Shown: positions 23,930 to 36,649, counted from the stretch's first letter. The stretch: DNA of 60,000 nucleotides from Camelus dromedarius (GCF_036321535.1 NC_087436.1:104534001-104594000), one strand, 5' to 3'. Notes: generated from the letters alone by a model not told the origin. Program-made: numbers and translations.

Positions 23930-24110
23930 CACACCGGACCTCAGGCCAGGGGATTTCAGCTCCTGGCTCTGCCTCTTATCACTGGGTAAGCCGTCTGGAA
24001 CAAGCACCTTAACTCTTTTTGATCCAGTCTGTCATCTCTAAGATGGGTATGTTTATACCAATAACACTCCTCTCCCAGGCACTCAGAGGATTTGAGGACA
24101 TGACAGATGC
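23930..24110 (+). mobile_element. MIR SINE (diverged)
   Basis: tcctggctctgcctctta..caagcaccttaactct..tcatctctaagatggg..gaggatt. Confidence 0.55.
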
Positions 24111-24249
24111 CTGATCCTTCAGAGCTCAGGGAATGGTTGTTCAATCTGAATCCTTCAGTTTTAAATTCTTTATGTGTGGAACCCAGTGAGAGGTAGAAAA
24201 TACGGGGACCAGAGTTCAAGGTCTGTGCCACAACAAGATAAACAAAATC

Positions 24250-24366
24250 CTCCAGCGTATAAGCTTGGTGAGGGCAGAGATTTGGGGATTTTGTTCACTG
24301 ATATATCCTAAGTGCCTGCAACAGTGGCTGGCCCATTGTGAGGGCTCATAAAATATAGGTTGAATT
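24250..24366 (+). mobile_element. L2 3' terminus
   Basis: tataagcttggtgagggcagaga..ttttgttcactgatatatcc..agtggctggcccattgtgagggctcataaaata. Confidence 0.7.
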
Positions 24367-24619
24367 TTTAAAAAAGTTCCTAGAGCAGTGTAATGATATA
24401 GTTCAGTTCCTTGGAAACCTGGGTCTCAAACACAGTTGCTGAGAGTGACTTCTGGTACAGACTTTTGAGGGGCAATTAGGTGGAATCTTTCCAAGTTTAA
24501 AATGCACACATACACCTTTGCAGGAGGGATATAAAAGCTTACCCTCCAGCTATTCAATTAGATATAACAACAACTCATCTGCACATTACCTAGGCCTGCA
24601 GGCATCATTTACTGAGCAC

Positions 24620-24845
24620 ATGAGGAGTGTAGTGTCTGAGAGCACAAACTATGAGGAAGGGCACCTGGATTTAAACCCTGACTCTGCCAAATACCAGCCA
24701 GTGTGACCTTCATCGAGTTACTTAACCCTTCTGCATCCTTGTCTGCAGAACATGGAGGGTAACCTCACCCACCTCATCCTTACCGGGTAGCTAAGAGCAT
24801 TAAGGGGAGTCACATGTGTGAACGTGTGCAGTAGCACCTGCTATG
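24620..24845 (+). mobile_element. MIR SINE
   Basis: cctggatttaaaccctgactctgcca..gtgtgaccttcatcgagttacttaaccct. Confidence 0.75.
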
Positions 24846-25385
24846 CGAAGGCATGGGCTCCCTTTTCATTCCTGGGGATTTCCGAGGTGAACCGTAGGCT
24901 CCTTTGTAGCTGAAGCGGAGGGAAGTTAGAGATGAAGGCTTTGAGCCGCTGGTCAGCTGCACAGCCAGCACTTGAACTTTGGTCGGTCTATGCCCGTGGC
25001 CGTGGGCTTGCCCAACTCTTTCCGCAGCGACAACAGGCAGTACCAACACAGACTCCTTGGCTGACAGTATTTTGTCCCGATGCATTTTTTCCAAGTGCTC
25101 TGCCTGGATTCTTGTCCAAGAAAGCACATACATCTTCTTCTCTGGGTCATCTTGCTTTCCTCAGTAAAGTTCCCAGGACTCACTGGCTGAATGGGCAGGC
25201 AGACCCCTAACTGGTGACATAACAGGGTAGCCAGAGGGTCCTCTTCTGAAAAGCCAGCCCTTTCTCAGCCTGACCCCCAAACCAGAATTTCCACTTTAGA
25301 TAATCCTATCCTTATTTATTCTTGACTCATTTTTCTTTTAAATTTGCTTCATTAACAGTATCATTTCCATTTTAAAAAAAATGTC

Positions 25386-25580
25386 TGGGTAGATAAACAA
25401 CAAGTTCATGCTTATGGTGCAGGGAACTATATTCAATATCTTGTAGGAACTTCTGGTGAAAAAGAATATGAAAACAAAAACATGTATGTTCATGTAAGAG
25501 TGAAGCACTATGCTGTACACCAGAAACTGACACATTGTAAACTGACTATACTTCAATAAAAACATACATACAAAAAAAAA
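25386..25580 (+). mobile_element. Short lineage-specific L1 3' end
   Basis: agataaacaacaag..cagggaactatattcaatatcttgta..gaaaaagaatatgaaaa..tgctgtacaccagaaactgacacattgtaaactgactatacttcaataaa and A-rich tail. Confidence 0.88.
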
Positions 25581-27519
25581 TTGCTTGGAATCTGGGAGTT
25601 GGAGGTTAGCCCTGAAAGGGGCCCAGGCTCGGCCTTGGCCTCAGCCGTGGGTCTGAGGCTCTCTGGTGGCCGGCTCTGGACAGGAGAGGCAAGTTAATTT
25701 CTCCTCAGTGCTGAGGCCTGCTTCTCGTCGGTGCTCTGGCTCCACGTGGCTCCGGGAGACTCCATGCCCTCCCCGCCCCACCCCACCCCAGTCGTCCTCT
25801 CCCAGGCTCTTAGCATCCTGACAGGGCTTATTTTTAAGGGTTAATCAATAGGTGGTATTGAGTGCCTACTGTGTGCAGAGAGGGGGCTGAAGACCCCAGT
25901 GGGGAAAGGGAGAGGCTATGGCAGAAACACAAGGAAAGGGCCAGCCCTGAGGGGTTAGCCTTCCTGCCACAGGCAGCAACGGCGTGGCCAGAGGGTCATT
26001 TATGAACCAGCAGGCCACTTAGGCCCCAGAGTGGGGCCGTGTTTGAGCTCACTAGCACATGCTGGTAGGAGCGCTTCCAACTTAGTGCTTTTTGGATCAG
26101 GTGACCTGACCTTCTGCGGGGAGAGAGGCCTGGACGGGAGCAGAACCAGGCATTCCTGCCCTCAGGTCCATCAGGGTGCTTCAGGGAGAATTTCCTCAGG
26201 CAGCCACGGTTCTGGGATGGACTTTCCCTTCTGTCGTTTGAGCCATCTTCTCGGTTCTCTTGGTTACATCACTGAAAACCTGTCTGCGTTTACTTCCCCG
26301 TCAGCAGCGGAGAGTCTGCTTGCACGCGGCCGCAGACCACAGCTAGGGGGATGCTCTGGCGCTGGATTGCCGTTGCGTGGGGTCCCCTAACCCAACTCCT
26401 CACTTGAACAAACTGTGTCCCAGACAGGGCTCTGGGCTTGCGCAGGGCTAGGAAGACCCTGAAATGGGTCTTGCATCTTTTCTTTCCCTGGGCAGGTCTG
26501 GTGGTAAAGCAACACTGCCTCACGCAGATGATCTTACTGGGTTGTGATAAGGCCCTGTGCTGTTTTGTTGTATTCTCTCCCCTTTCCAAAACGTTTGAGC
26601 ACGGTCTGCTCCGTGACGAGGATTTCCTGAGCATGTCTACATGCCTGGCACTTGTGAGACAGAGATCCGCAGACTCAGGCTTTGTCCCCGGGCAGAACTG
26701 TGGAGCCGGACCAGACCCTCCTGTGAGATATGGATGGTCCCAACCCAAGCCTGACCTCGAGAACAGCCCCAGTCCCAGAGAAGGCTGGCTGTTGGCGGGG
26801 AATTTAGCAGTTTGTGTCAGAGTAGGAGGCATTAGGTGAAAATACCAAATCCTGGTTAGCATTTTTGGTGGTTTTTACCAGCTGGGCAAATTCTCCGTCC
26901 ACTTCTGGCTTTACCCTGAAGGCAAGCAACACTGCCAGGAGAGGAAGGATGTTCTACTTTCAAATCGGGGGCCCACGCCACGGTTCTGAGTGGGGGAAGG
27001 GGTACTGCCCTGAATCCTGGGACAGCTGCTTCTCACAGCCTTTTGAGTTATGGGGCATTCCATTTCCTCGAGACAATAATTGGGCTTTTAGGGTCTGCTC
27101 GGGTCCTTTCATCGCGGGGATGCTAGCTGAAATCTCCCAGGCCATAAAAATACCAGAATGAAAATACTTGTGACAACCACATGTCCGCATGTTCCATGCA
27201 GAGACTATCACAACCTCCAAATTACACCAGTATTGCTCTTCAAGGCCACAAAAGAGCACCGCTGAATGGAGAAGGAGGGGATATTTCCAGGGTGAGTTCA
27301 GCGCCGATGATTATAAGCTTTCATCTGTCCTTCTAAAAATGTCTTCTTCAAGCCTTTAAAATTAATTTATAAAGGTCGACTCCCTTTTTAAATGGTTTTA
27401 TCAGACCACAATAAGGCATGGTCTTTACATATTGCCTTCCTCAATATGACTAATCAAATCTCTGGTTGGGAGAGGCAGTCCAGTAAAATTTGGTGGTTCT
27501 ATCCTTTCTGCGCTAAAAT

Positions 27520-27950
27520 TCGTCTGCCACCCATCTAGTCCAAACCACTGCTGTGTTCTGATAGACTTCCAATGAGCATCTTAACTGACCTGTCTAGCCC
27601 CAGTTTTCCTTTCTCACATCGATTCTCCACAAGACACAAGTCTTATTTTTCTCAAACGGACACCTGGCCATGACCCTCCCCTGTTTCAAATCCTCAGCCA
27701 TCCCCCATTGCCTCTAAGGCCAAACGTTTTCCCAGAGCTCAGCAGGCCCCCCATGATCTGGTCCTGCATAACTTCTCCGACCTCATCTAGCTTGGCCCAT
27801 GTCCTCAAGACGTTCCACGCTCTCTCTTCAAGGTCTTCAGATCTGCCAGAGACCCTGCTTGGATGCCTTCTCTCTCCTTCTCTCTACAAGTTCACGTTCA
27901 CATTCAGGCCTCAGTTACTATCCTGTGAGAAGATGGAGCAAGTCTCTCAC
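27520..27950 (+). mobile_element. L2 LINE fragment
   Basis: ccacccatctagtccaaacc..attctccaca..ccctgtttcaaatcctc..catgatctggtcctgc. Confidence 0.6.
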
Positions 27951-27961
27951 TCATTGCTCAG

Positions 27962-28400
27962 TGTCAGTTGAGGGATGGTCCCCTCTCTCCCAAGATACGT
28001 CCATCTAGTACCTGTAAACGTAACCTTGTTTAGAAAAAGGGTCTTTGTAGATGCGGTTAAGCGTCTGCAGGTGAGATCACACTGGATTATCCACGCAGGA
28101 CTTAAATCCAACGCTAAGTGACCTTATAAGGGAAAGGCAGAGGGAGTTTGGAGGCCACAGAAGAGAGGGCCATGTGAAGATGGAGGCAGAGACTGAGTGA
28201 TGCGGCCATAAGGCAGGAAGCACTTGGAGCCGCCAGAACCTGGGAGCCGGAAGCAAGGATTCTCCCCTCGGGCCTGAGAAGGGAATGCAGCCTTGCCGAT
28301 TTCAGACTTCTGGTGTCAAGAACTCAGAGAATAAATTTCTGCTGTTTGAAGCCACCAAGTTGGTGGTAATTTGTGACCATAACCCAAGGAGACATCCACA
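27962..28400 (+). mobile_element. MaLR LTR (MLT1C-like)
   Basis: aagatacgtcca..gggtctttgtagatg..ggccatgtgaagatggaggcagaga..aagcaaggattctcccct..gagaataaatttctgctgtttgaagccaccaag..ggtaatttg. Confidence 0.88.
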
Positions 28401-28769
28401 CGGCTGTACAACTTTCACCCACCATGCTGACTGTGAGCACTGGGGCCTCAACAATTTCTTGAATGAACCAAGTCCAGGAGACTAGCAGGGAGATGAGAGG
28501 GACTGGGGAGAGTGGGGATGGGGAGATGAGCCAAGAGATGCTAAAAGGCAGCAATTTCCGGATAAACCTCCAGTGTGCCCCGTTGCTCTCCTCTTAGATG
28601 AGGGAGCCTGGAGTGGGACTTGCAGCCCTGTTCACAGGATACTCCAATGTGCCTCCTATTATTGCAGGAGGTGCTGCAAAATCTCAGAAATGTTCTCTCA
28701 GCACAATTGGTTGAATTCACTTTGAATAGATAGTTGTTTACTTAAAAACATATTTCAATTAATTAGCAA

Positions 28770-30140
28770 GTACATTTGAGTATCTATGAGTCCCTTTAAA
28801 CTTTACAGGAGTTGAACAGACTCTTGATATTTTCCCCCGAATCTGTACCTTTACCAGCCTTTCCATCTTGGTGAATGGCACCCCCCTCCACTGAGCCGGG
28901 CAATCCCCTGACTTGAGTGATACCTTTATTTTCTCTGTTGCTATCACCTCTCTTAGCCAGAGCTGTTCGTTCTCTGTTCAGAACACATCTCCAGGTGTCC
29001 TGCCTCTCACCCACTGCAAACCTCCCCTCTGGTTCAAGCCACCATCCTCCCACTACTGGACTTTGACCAAGGCCTCCCCACAGATTCACAGCCTGCTGTC
29101 TTACAATCTAGTCTGTACTCAACAGCCAGAGTCATCTTTCCAGACATAAATCTGCTCTTGACAATCCTCTGATTGAAATCTTTCAATTGCTTTTCACTGC
29201 ATTTAGAAGAACACCTGAACTCACCACCATGGCCTCCTAAGTCATGGTGGATCCAGCCCTTGTCAACCTTTCCTTTTTCATCTGGTACAGCTGTCACCAA
29301 TGACCCCCATGCCACAGCCTCACCCATCATCCCTCTGTTCTTCTAACTGGCTAATCTCATTCCTGCCTCAGGGCCTTTGCATTTGCTGTATCCTCTGTCA
29401 GGAATGCTCTTTTATGATGCTCAGAATAGTGGCTCCTTCTCATTTTCCCACGCGAAGCTTCTTCTCAAAGAAGGCTTCCATTATGATCCTCTGTACAAAG
29501 TAAAAAGTAACCCCCTTTCCCAACTATCCTGTGGCACCCTTATAATTTCCTCTGTAGGCAGACTGCAAGCTAAATCGGGCTGACGAAACAAAGTACTGTA
29601 GACTGGGTGACTGGAAGACGAGATCACAATGTTGGCAGGGTTAGTTCCTTCTGAAGATTGTGAAAGAGAATCTGCTCCTGGCCCCTCCCCCAGCCTCTGG
29701 TGGTTGCTGGCAGTCTGGGGAGTTCCTTGGCTTCTGCTGCATGACTCCGATCTCTGCCTTTAGCTTCAAATTGTGTTCTCCCTGTGGATGCATCTGCTTC
29801 CAAATTTCCCCTCTTTATAAAGGGGATGAGGGGCGCACCCTTCTCCAGTATGACCTCATTTCAACTAATTACATCTGCCATAACCCTCTTTCCAAGTAAG
29901 GTCACATTCTGAAGTACTGAGGACTAGGACTTCAACCTATGAATTTTTTTGTTTTTGGTTGGGGGGAACACAATTCAACCCACAACAGGGTTGTCCACTT
30001 GCTTGATTACTTAAAATTTACTGTCTGCCTGGACAGAAGTTTCTTGAGGGTAGAGATGTCATTCCTCTTGTTTCCACAGCTACATCCATTGTACGAAGAA
30101 CTCTGCTTGGCACAAAGGCTCTCAGTAAGTAGTCCCTATT
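28770..30140 (+). mobile_element. L2 LINE split by an MLT1 LTR
   Basis: ttccatcttggtgaatggcacc..ctcaacagccagagtcatcttt..tcctgcctcagggcctttgcatttgctg; resumes after 29987 with cttgagggtagaga..ttggcacaaaggctctcagtaa. Confidence 0.8.
29553..29987 (-). mobile_element. MaLR LTR (MLT1B/C-like)
   Basis: gttggcagggttagttccttctga..ctccagtatgacctcatt..aattacatctgc..taaggtcacattctgaagtact..ggggaacacaattcaacccacaaca. Confidence 0.88.
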
Positions 30141-30344
30141 AGATAGTGGGGATGGTTACACAACTCTGAGTTTACTGAAACCCACTGCATTGTATACCTT
30201 AAAGTTGTGAAGCTATCGTATATGAAATGTTTCTCAAAATCAAACAAATAATTCCTTCATGAATGTACAGATGTAATGATTATTTATTGTGGCAGGATCT
30301 ATTCTTTCTGGGCTCACTTTCTCTCTCTGTCAGATGTCCCAATC

Positions 30345-30515
30345 CCCAGAGGTTTAACAAATTAACATTCTTGAGAATCTGATGAACATTTCTCCGCAGT
30401 AAAATGCCAACAGGCACAGGCATGTGTGTCCACACACAGCTGCGTACACTACTTTCTATGGGACCTCAGAGAGGTCACGGACACCTCACGAACACCTTGA
30501 ATAAGACTGCCTCCA
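30345..30515. mobile_element. MER103-like hAT-Charlie DNA transposon fossil
   Basis: ttgagaatctgatgaa..ctcc..aaaatg..cacacac..aggtcacggacacct..taaga. Confidence 0.55.
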
Positions 30516-30831
30516 TGGACTGAAGTCATGAAGCTTAGGTTAGTGGATCTGACCAAAGACCCTCCGAGCTCTGAAAATTATGGGATTGCGCACACAGTGT
30601 GCTCTGCAATGTGCAGGGGATCTGGGTAGAAACAGAATACTTTGCCTGTGCTTGCACGGAGATTATGGTCAACTTGGAGAGAAAAAAAAAAAACAAACCA
30701 TGTAATCCAAAATCACGTGGAGAAAGGTTTCATTCAGCCTCTTGGGTTGAAAGCACCCATGACTAGGCTTTCCTTTGGCACATGGACAAAAGAGCCAGAC
30801 ACACGTAGGAAAAAGGACAGAAGGAGAATTT

Positions 30832-30925
30832 AGGGGAGGGCATATCTCAGTGGTAGATTACATGCCTTGCATGCATGGGGTTCTGGGTTCAATCCCCACT
30901 ACCTCCATTTGAAAAAAAAAAAAAA
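30832..30925 (+). mobile_element. tRNA-derived SINE, camelid vic-1 type, short form
   Basis: ggggagggcatatctcagtggtagattacatgccttgcatgcatggggttctgggttcaatccccactacctccattt followed by an A-run; homologous to the copy at 6642. Confidence 0.85.
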
Positions 30926-32029
30926 GAACTGCATTCATATTAATAACTTGCTTGTGAGAAAAAAAGAGAATGCAAGCTCACTTCAGGGTCTGAGAACCAG
31001 TGTAGTCAATAAAAGTAGGTCTGACATAATGAATTTAACAAAAGTCTCATTGATATTTGAAATAAACATTGAAATAAAAGCGATTTCCTTATTTTCCTTT
31101 AAAAACCTGTTAAAGTCATACAGCTCTTATTTTAAACAAAATACTAATGATTTTTGATTCAATGAGGATGATTCTGAATCAATGTCATCACATTCTGCTG
31201 CTCTCGGCGCCCGGACAGGCCAGTTAGCCAGGCTGCAGAAGAGCCAGTTTCTCTATGTGGACCGGCCTTAACCCTCCCTCCCCTCATGTGCTGAATAGAT
31301 ATTCTCATAACAAGAGGTTCAGTGAAGAGGAGGGCCTGGGCTTCTAACTGGCTGCTAGAATCTTTATAAATTCAGGGAAGACAACATTCTCAACTGTAGA
31401 ACCTTGTAAAACTCTCCAAACTGTATTGAGGTTTGTCTCTTTTCCTCTAAAACAACTGTGGCCAGTACATATCCCATTAAGGACACTTCAGGAACCCTGA
31501 ATAAAAAGTTGAATTAGAAGAAGGACTTTCTGGAAGACTGGCTAGAAGGAAAACCAATCCAACAGTTGTTTTAAGTTCTGTGGTGATTATCACGTGGATT
31601 TAGATTGGCAAGATCACTGGCCTCAAAGGTGTTTTCTTATTCCACCAACGTCACCATAAGTTAAGAGCAAAATCTGCCTCTGGGAATGAAAATGGCATGA
31701 GAAGTAAAGGAGGTGAAGTGATGGAAGAAGGAACAGAGGGAGGAAAGAAGGCAGGAGGTAGCATGGAGCTTGGTTGTTTGTTTGGCTTAAAATAACAGAT
31801 TTCAGTTTTTCAGTTTCATCAATTTAAATACAGAACCTTTTCCACAACCTGATTCTCGAATGACTGAGTGATTGCTACATGGCTAAGGTTTGTATTTCAA
31901 ATTAGTATATATCCAAACCTAAAGTCTTATACTTCAGACAAACCTGGATACAATTGCCTACTAAGAAAGCCTTTGTTGAGATAGAGAACCAAAAGTCCTT
32001 ATAACCAGCAAAGATCCTATTTCAGGGGG

Positions 32030-32228
32030 AGAAACTGTAGTTTTGTACCAGCTTAATAAAATCGATTGTTAAATTTTCAGGAATTTTGCAAGCCAGTTGA
32101 CATCATGCTGGTAGCATGAGCTTGGCCATGGTGAGAGAATTTATACTGAGGGAAATGCTGGAGATCAAGGCCTTTTTTTTTTCTTTTTTCCCTGGAGGGC
32201 TGGCTGCTAAACATTTATCAGCACCCTG
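32030..32228. mobile_element. MER63A-like hAT-Blackjack DNA transposon fossil
   Basis: cgattgttaaattttcaggaattttgcaagccagttgacatcatgctggtagc..ggccatggtgagag..ctggagggctggctgctaaacatttatcagcac. Confidence 0.75.
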
Positions 32229-32919
32229 TTTTTATACTTGAATAGTTATGGTTTTAACTCCAAGAAAACAAAGAACAGCAAATCTCTCTAGCCAACCATT
32301 TGAAATAAGCACAAAGATTTCTGAAGGGCAACTTAGAATTCATCTTAAAGATCATCATTCAAGCAGTCCACAAACACTGATTGAGTACCTAGGTTAATCC
32401 TGAAAGGCCAATGAAAGCATTCAATACAGATCTCAGTTATTGAATATCTTATAATTTGTTTTGGGGGGACAGGATGCGAATACATGGAATAATTATGTGA
32501 GAGTACAAAGCAAAATATAATTACATGTAATATTATCTTGTAAATACAGGGTGGAGCCAGAGTTCAGAGAAGACAGACATCACAGGGTGGTTAAAATTAA
32601 GCAAGAAAATCATGCAAATCATGGTCCTCTATTAATTCAAAGGAGTAACAGATAAACCAGCTTCATCCTAATGGGATGTATGGCTTGCAGCAAAGGGATC
32701 TTTAGACAGTCCTTTTAAAAAAAATCCTTTGTGTTTCTTTCCCTCTTAATGTTACGACCACTCTTGAACTATGTTATTAACACAGAGAGACAATTGTTCT
32801 TTGTAATAGGTGGCATCTCTGGTGTGTCGCTATTCATGTGTTCCTGGCCAGTTGCTCAATGGACCGACCTTTTCTGCACTGAGAGAACGCCTTGCCCTTA
32901 GGCCTGGAGCTGCAGCCAA

Positions 32920-33250
32920 GGTTGGAGGAGGCTGCTTAAGTTTGAAAGACAAGAGTTTGAATCCAAGCTTTGCCACTTTTTAGCTGTGTGGCCATAGGCA
33001 AATGATTCAACTGTTCTGTGTCTAAATGATCTCATCAGTACGATGGGGAAAATCATCACATCTACCTCATTGGGATTTCTTTTTTTTTTTTTTAACATTT
33101 TTTATTGATTTATAATCATTTTACAATGTTGTGTCAAATTCCAGTGTAGAGCACAATTTCATCGGGATGTTTTAAGAATTAAAATGGGTCAACTCATATA
33201 AAGCTCTTAGAATAGTGCTGAGTATGTAGTAAGCACTATATTTATTGTTA
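32920..33250 (+). mobile_element. MIR SINE interrupted by a short L1 tail
   Basis: gagtttgaatccaagctttgccact..agctgtgtggccataggcaa..; resumes with tataaagctcttagaatagtgc..gtagtaagcact. Confidence 0.8.
33077..33158 (-). mobile_element. Very short lineage-specific L1 3' end with TSD
   Basis: T-run, then tttattgatttataatcattttacaatgttgtgtcaaattccagtgtagagcacaattt; TSD tcattgggat (33067-33076) / tcatcgggat (33159-33168). Confidence 0.82.
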
Positions 33251-33289
33251 TTGCTATTGTTCTACTGAGTTTGAAGCCCAGCCCTGCTA

Positions 33290-33480
33290 TGTGCGTTTCA
33301 TGCCTTGTGCAAGGCATTCTTGGTCTTGAAACCCCTCTTTCCTCATCGACAGGACAGGAATGATCATTTCTGCCCACCCTGCAGGGCTATTGTGAGGACT
33401 GTAGGAAGCAGTGTCTGTGAAAGCTCTTGGTAGACTGGAAAGTTCTGTACAAATGTGAGGTGTCGGTGCTGGCAAAAGAT
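33290..33480 (+). mobile_element. MIR SINE
   Basis: ccttgtgcaagg..tttcctcatc..cagggctattgtgaggact..gtgaaagctctt. Confidence 0.6.
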
Positions 33481-33699
33481 GTCTGTGGTCAAAATTAGCC
33501 TTTGGGTTCTTGGTCTTGTGATGGCTCAGTGTTTGGTGGGCTGTGGTGGTTTCCAAACTCCCATTGCTGTGTCCCAGAGCGCAGAGTCACAGCTTGCTGG
33601 CTTCCAATTGTTTCCTTCCTCTTCCTGTCTTTTGTTAAAGAGTATCACATAAATGTACTCAAGGTATCTCCTCGAAGAGATTAGTTCATTGTTCATAAT

Positions 33700-33845
33700 C
33701 TACGTGCTCTCCTCCCATTAAAGCATAAGCTCCTAGAGGGCAAGGACTCCTTGTCTGTTTTATTCATGGCTGGACCCCCCAGAGTCTAGACAAGAGCCTG
33801 GTATGTGATAGGCGCTCAATAACCATTTGTGGTAGGAGTGGATGC
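33700..33845 (+). mobile_element. L2 3' terminus
   Basis: taagctcctagagggcaaggac..ttattca..gcctggtatgtgataggcgctcaataa. Confidence 0.78.
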
Positions 33846-36074
33846 TTGCGTCCTCAGCTCACGTCTCCTCCAAACCAGAAGAGTGAACTGAGCAGCATCT
33901 CCATAGGAAGTGATCAGTATTCTGTAGGCATCCACAGAGGAACCAATCGATCCATCAGTCAGCAGACTCTCAGCTACATGTGCGTACAAGCCATTCTGCC
34001 AGGTCTTCTGGGGGGAAGGCAGGTGTGGAGGGGAAATTCTGGTCTCTGTTAAGACTCTTTTTTTTTTTTTTTTTAGGAAAGAAGGTGCCCAACTTGAGAT
34101 CTCACAGATCTAACTATTATCCCACCCTGCTTCCACATCTGAAACCTGACCTGCTTGTCGCTGACACCAGCTCCCAGAAGTGGATGCTCGTCTGGATCTA
34201 GAAGAACCACGAGGAACTGGTTTCCAAAGCACCATCTGCTCACCATTTACTCACGAAGGTTTTCCATTTCGGAATCAGACGCGAGCCACAGAACACTTTG
34301 CCTTACTCCAAGGGGCTTAGAAAAGACTCTGTCATTTCCACATTAAAAAAGAGGGCTAGGAAGGGAGAGGGCTGTTGAGTCTAAATCTGGAAAAGGCTGA
34401 ATTGATTTATGGAATTCTGCAGGTGGGTAGCCATGGAACAGAAATGCAACCCTTAGTCACCTGTGCAGCTGACACGCCATGATTTTCAGAAGAGGTACCA
34501 AGATTTAAGGGACTTTTATGTAGATATTTAGCATAATCCTCCTTTTAAAAGCTACCAGAGTTCAGAGGAAAAAAGACCCAAAAATGTTTTCTTGGCTATG
34601 TTTCTTATAGTGACTGTGAAAACCCATGAAGGAGGAAAACTGGCCAAGAATTTTTTTTTTTTTTTGAGGGTATGAAAGCCTCTCATTTTTATAGTTTTGA
34701 AAATCCTTGGAGTTTAACTTTGAACTTTAACCAAGAAAAATTATATCTTATAAACAATGGCATTTGTTGATTGGATGAAGGACTAGATCAATATTGATCT
34801 TGGCAACCCCGTTTTTGGCTGCAGTTGCCTCCAGAAATATGCTGGTTGTGGTGTTAAAAAATTATGTCAGTTCCTCACCATGTGCCTCTTTTTCTTGGAG
34901 TTTTGCCTGGGCATTAGTTTCCAAAGATACTTCCAGAAGTTAACCTAGATCCTGGCCTCGGCAGTGAAGGAAGTTACACATAAACTCTCAGAAAGCAGCC
35001 GCCACGGTGAGTTTCTGGGAGGGACCGAGGAAGAAATCGCGACCTTTGGAGAAAGGAGATAACCTGGGGCGACTTTTAATTCCAGGAGGATGGTCTCATT
35101 GCCTCTCACTGCTAAATTTTTCACTTAGACTCGTCACACTAAGAGGGAAAACCCCAAACTAGACAAAAATAAATCAATGTTGGTAAGTGAAAACCATTGC
35201 TTTGAAAGAAAATAATCATATTGCAGATGCGATGGGGCTGTCTACTTTAAAATGTCTTAAATCTTTCCATTTTGGATTGGGAGGAGTGTGGCGGTGGCTG
35301 GGATGTTTAAGGAGGGAAGTAGGAAAGGTTTTGTGTTTTCTTTTAGACTATCATATTATCAATTTATTTTGGGCATAAGCCTCTACGCCACATGTTTACA
35401 TGTGCATATATTTACAAAGAAAACATGCATTTATCTACTCAACTCAGCAGATTGGGTGGGGTTATTTGTCCTTATTCTTTGTAACTTTGGTCTGGATTTT
35501 CATTTTAAGTGTAAATGCAATGCCTAACTGTGAGGGGTGGGGCGGGGCAATAAGAAAAGCTAGAAAGGAATCCCACATCATCACTCCTGAATCTACCAGC
35601 CTTTTTCTGCCTTTCACGGTCTGCACTGGGTTATCCTATGCTGTGAAGACGGTGGAGCAAAGTCCTATACGCTAACAGTTGGCAATGAAAAATGGCACAG
35701 GGCTGGAGCTGCCACTGTGCCCTGCCTGGGAAAGACTGAGCCAAGAGCTGTCGCCACATGTCCCCTCTGAGGACCTGCTGGTTGACCCCTAACCTGTGCT
35801 CCTGGTGGCCAGTGGGCACCCTCTGTCTTCCTAAGCCCCACCCACATGTGACTCTGCTATCAGAGACCCCTCCTTTCAGCCACGTGGCCCCTGGTGCTGA
35901 GACGGGGAGCTTGGCATGTCCCTTTGGAAAGGTGGCCAATTCTGCCCTTGCCAGATTCTTGCAGTTTTCTGACACGTGTCTTCGGGTGAAATGAATTCAG
36001 AGGGTGGGATTATTTTCAGCCTATCTCAGGAAGGTCATGCTGGACACATACTGACAGTCATAAAACAAGGCTAC

Positions 36075-36270
36075 TGCTAACAATTATTGAGCGCTTACTG
36101 TCTACCATGCATTGTGATAAGCACTTTGCAAGCTTTATTTGTATTGAATCCTGACAAATGTATTATGAGAGCAGAACTATGGTCGAGATGAGAAAATTGA
36201 GGCCGAGCAGCTTACAGCTAGTAACAGTGCTGGGATGTCCAGGTGTGTCTCACAGTGGAGCCAGGTCACT
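36075..36270 (-). mobile_element. MIR SINE
   Basis: gctaacaattattgagcgcttactgt..taagcacttt..aatcctgacaa..agatgagaaaattgaggc. Confidence 0.75.
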
Positions 36271-36649
36271 TCCAACTTGGACTAACAAGCAGGTCATTTC
36301 GTCCCACTGTGCTACCTCTTTGCAAGGCCTCATCTGTGAGGGTCCCCACCAGCTACCCTTGCCCATAAATACATTGGGTGATTACACAGATGATGGGGCT
36401 GCACCTATCCAAACCCAAGGACTTGGCCAGCTGCCTTCCTTTGTGAGTCATTTCCAGAACTCTCAGTCTTCCTGAACAGAGCACTCAGGGAACCTTTCCT
36501 TATGTCCTATCCTCAGAGGTTATCTCCTCTTTCACGGGAATGAGAACAATTTCCTTAGCTAGATTCAATATTCCTTGAGTGCAAGAACTGTGTCTTCTAT
36601 TTCTTCCAAATTAAAACAAACAAACAAACAAAACAAACCACTGACGCTT

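Noticed and set aside
26336..26358. Possible CTCF site (ccacagctagggggatgc)
   Set aside because: Only a partial match to the core consensus; not supportable without PWM scoring or ChIP.
26290..26862. 190-aa minus-strand ORF and overlapping 133-aa plus-strand ORF
   Set aside because: Long ORFs are expected in GC-rich DNA; there is no recognisable protein family or exon structure.
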